A DNA stretch of 64,000 bases from Myxococcales bacterium (GTDB taxonomy: Bacteria; Myxococcota_A; UBA9042; JABWCM01; BTVJ01), in the NCBI GenBank assembly GCA_045863395.1, contig BTVJ01000033.1, forward strand, positions 1 through 64,000, read 5' to 3'. The notes beneath the pieces were generated by a model. That model was given only the letters and a program-made list of their open reading frames with translations. It did no database searches and was not told where the DNA came from. Both the position numbers and the translations under genes were made by a program. Below, piece by piece: positions 64,000 to 64,000 of the stretch. Each line of letters starts with the position of its first letter. Position 1 is the first letter of the stretch.

Positions 64000-64000
64000 G

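Noticed and set aside
1..64000. tRNA or rRNA genes
   Set aside because: None recognised by eye; tRNAscan-SE/Infernal were not run.

Overview
Very GC-rich bacterial DNA. The gene types (Cys-rich CDDGDPCT repeat proteins, PEGA/TPR proteins, Hanks-type kinase) suggest Myxococcota/Deltaproteobacteria; this is inference. From left to right: a partial Cys-repeat surface protein; a glycan locus (wecA-like transferase, glycosyltransferases, flippase, epimerases, two DegT aminotransferases, rfbBA, methyltransferases); a vapBC-type toxin-antitoxin pair beside two tandem SAMHD1-like HD phosphohydrolases; tyrA-like, pheT, pheS and aroA; effector-like hydrolases; and an accessory region at about 44-59.4 kb. 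The main result is a complete diversity-generating retroelement (DGR). A 1177-aa secreted fibre-like protein (45281-48814) ends in an FGE-type C-type-lectin domain carrying a variable repeat (VR 48672-48801). It is followed by hairpins, an HRDC gene, avd and a DGR reverse transcriptase. The template repeat (TR 52540-52669) differs from VR at 13 of 130 positions, all TR adenines. Unusually, TR lies about 1.5 kb downstream of RT behind an antisense gene, has a candidate promoter of its own, and sits between two 118-bp hairpin-forming direct repeats. Two Rpn-like genes with apparent internal start sites flank the DGR genes, and a paralogous fibre with a different, non-diversified tip lies about 7.6 kb downstream of the target gene. 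All family assignments come from motif recognition by eye, not database searches.
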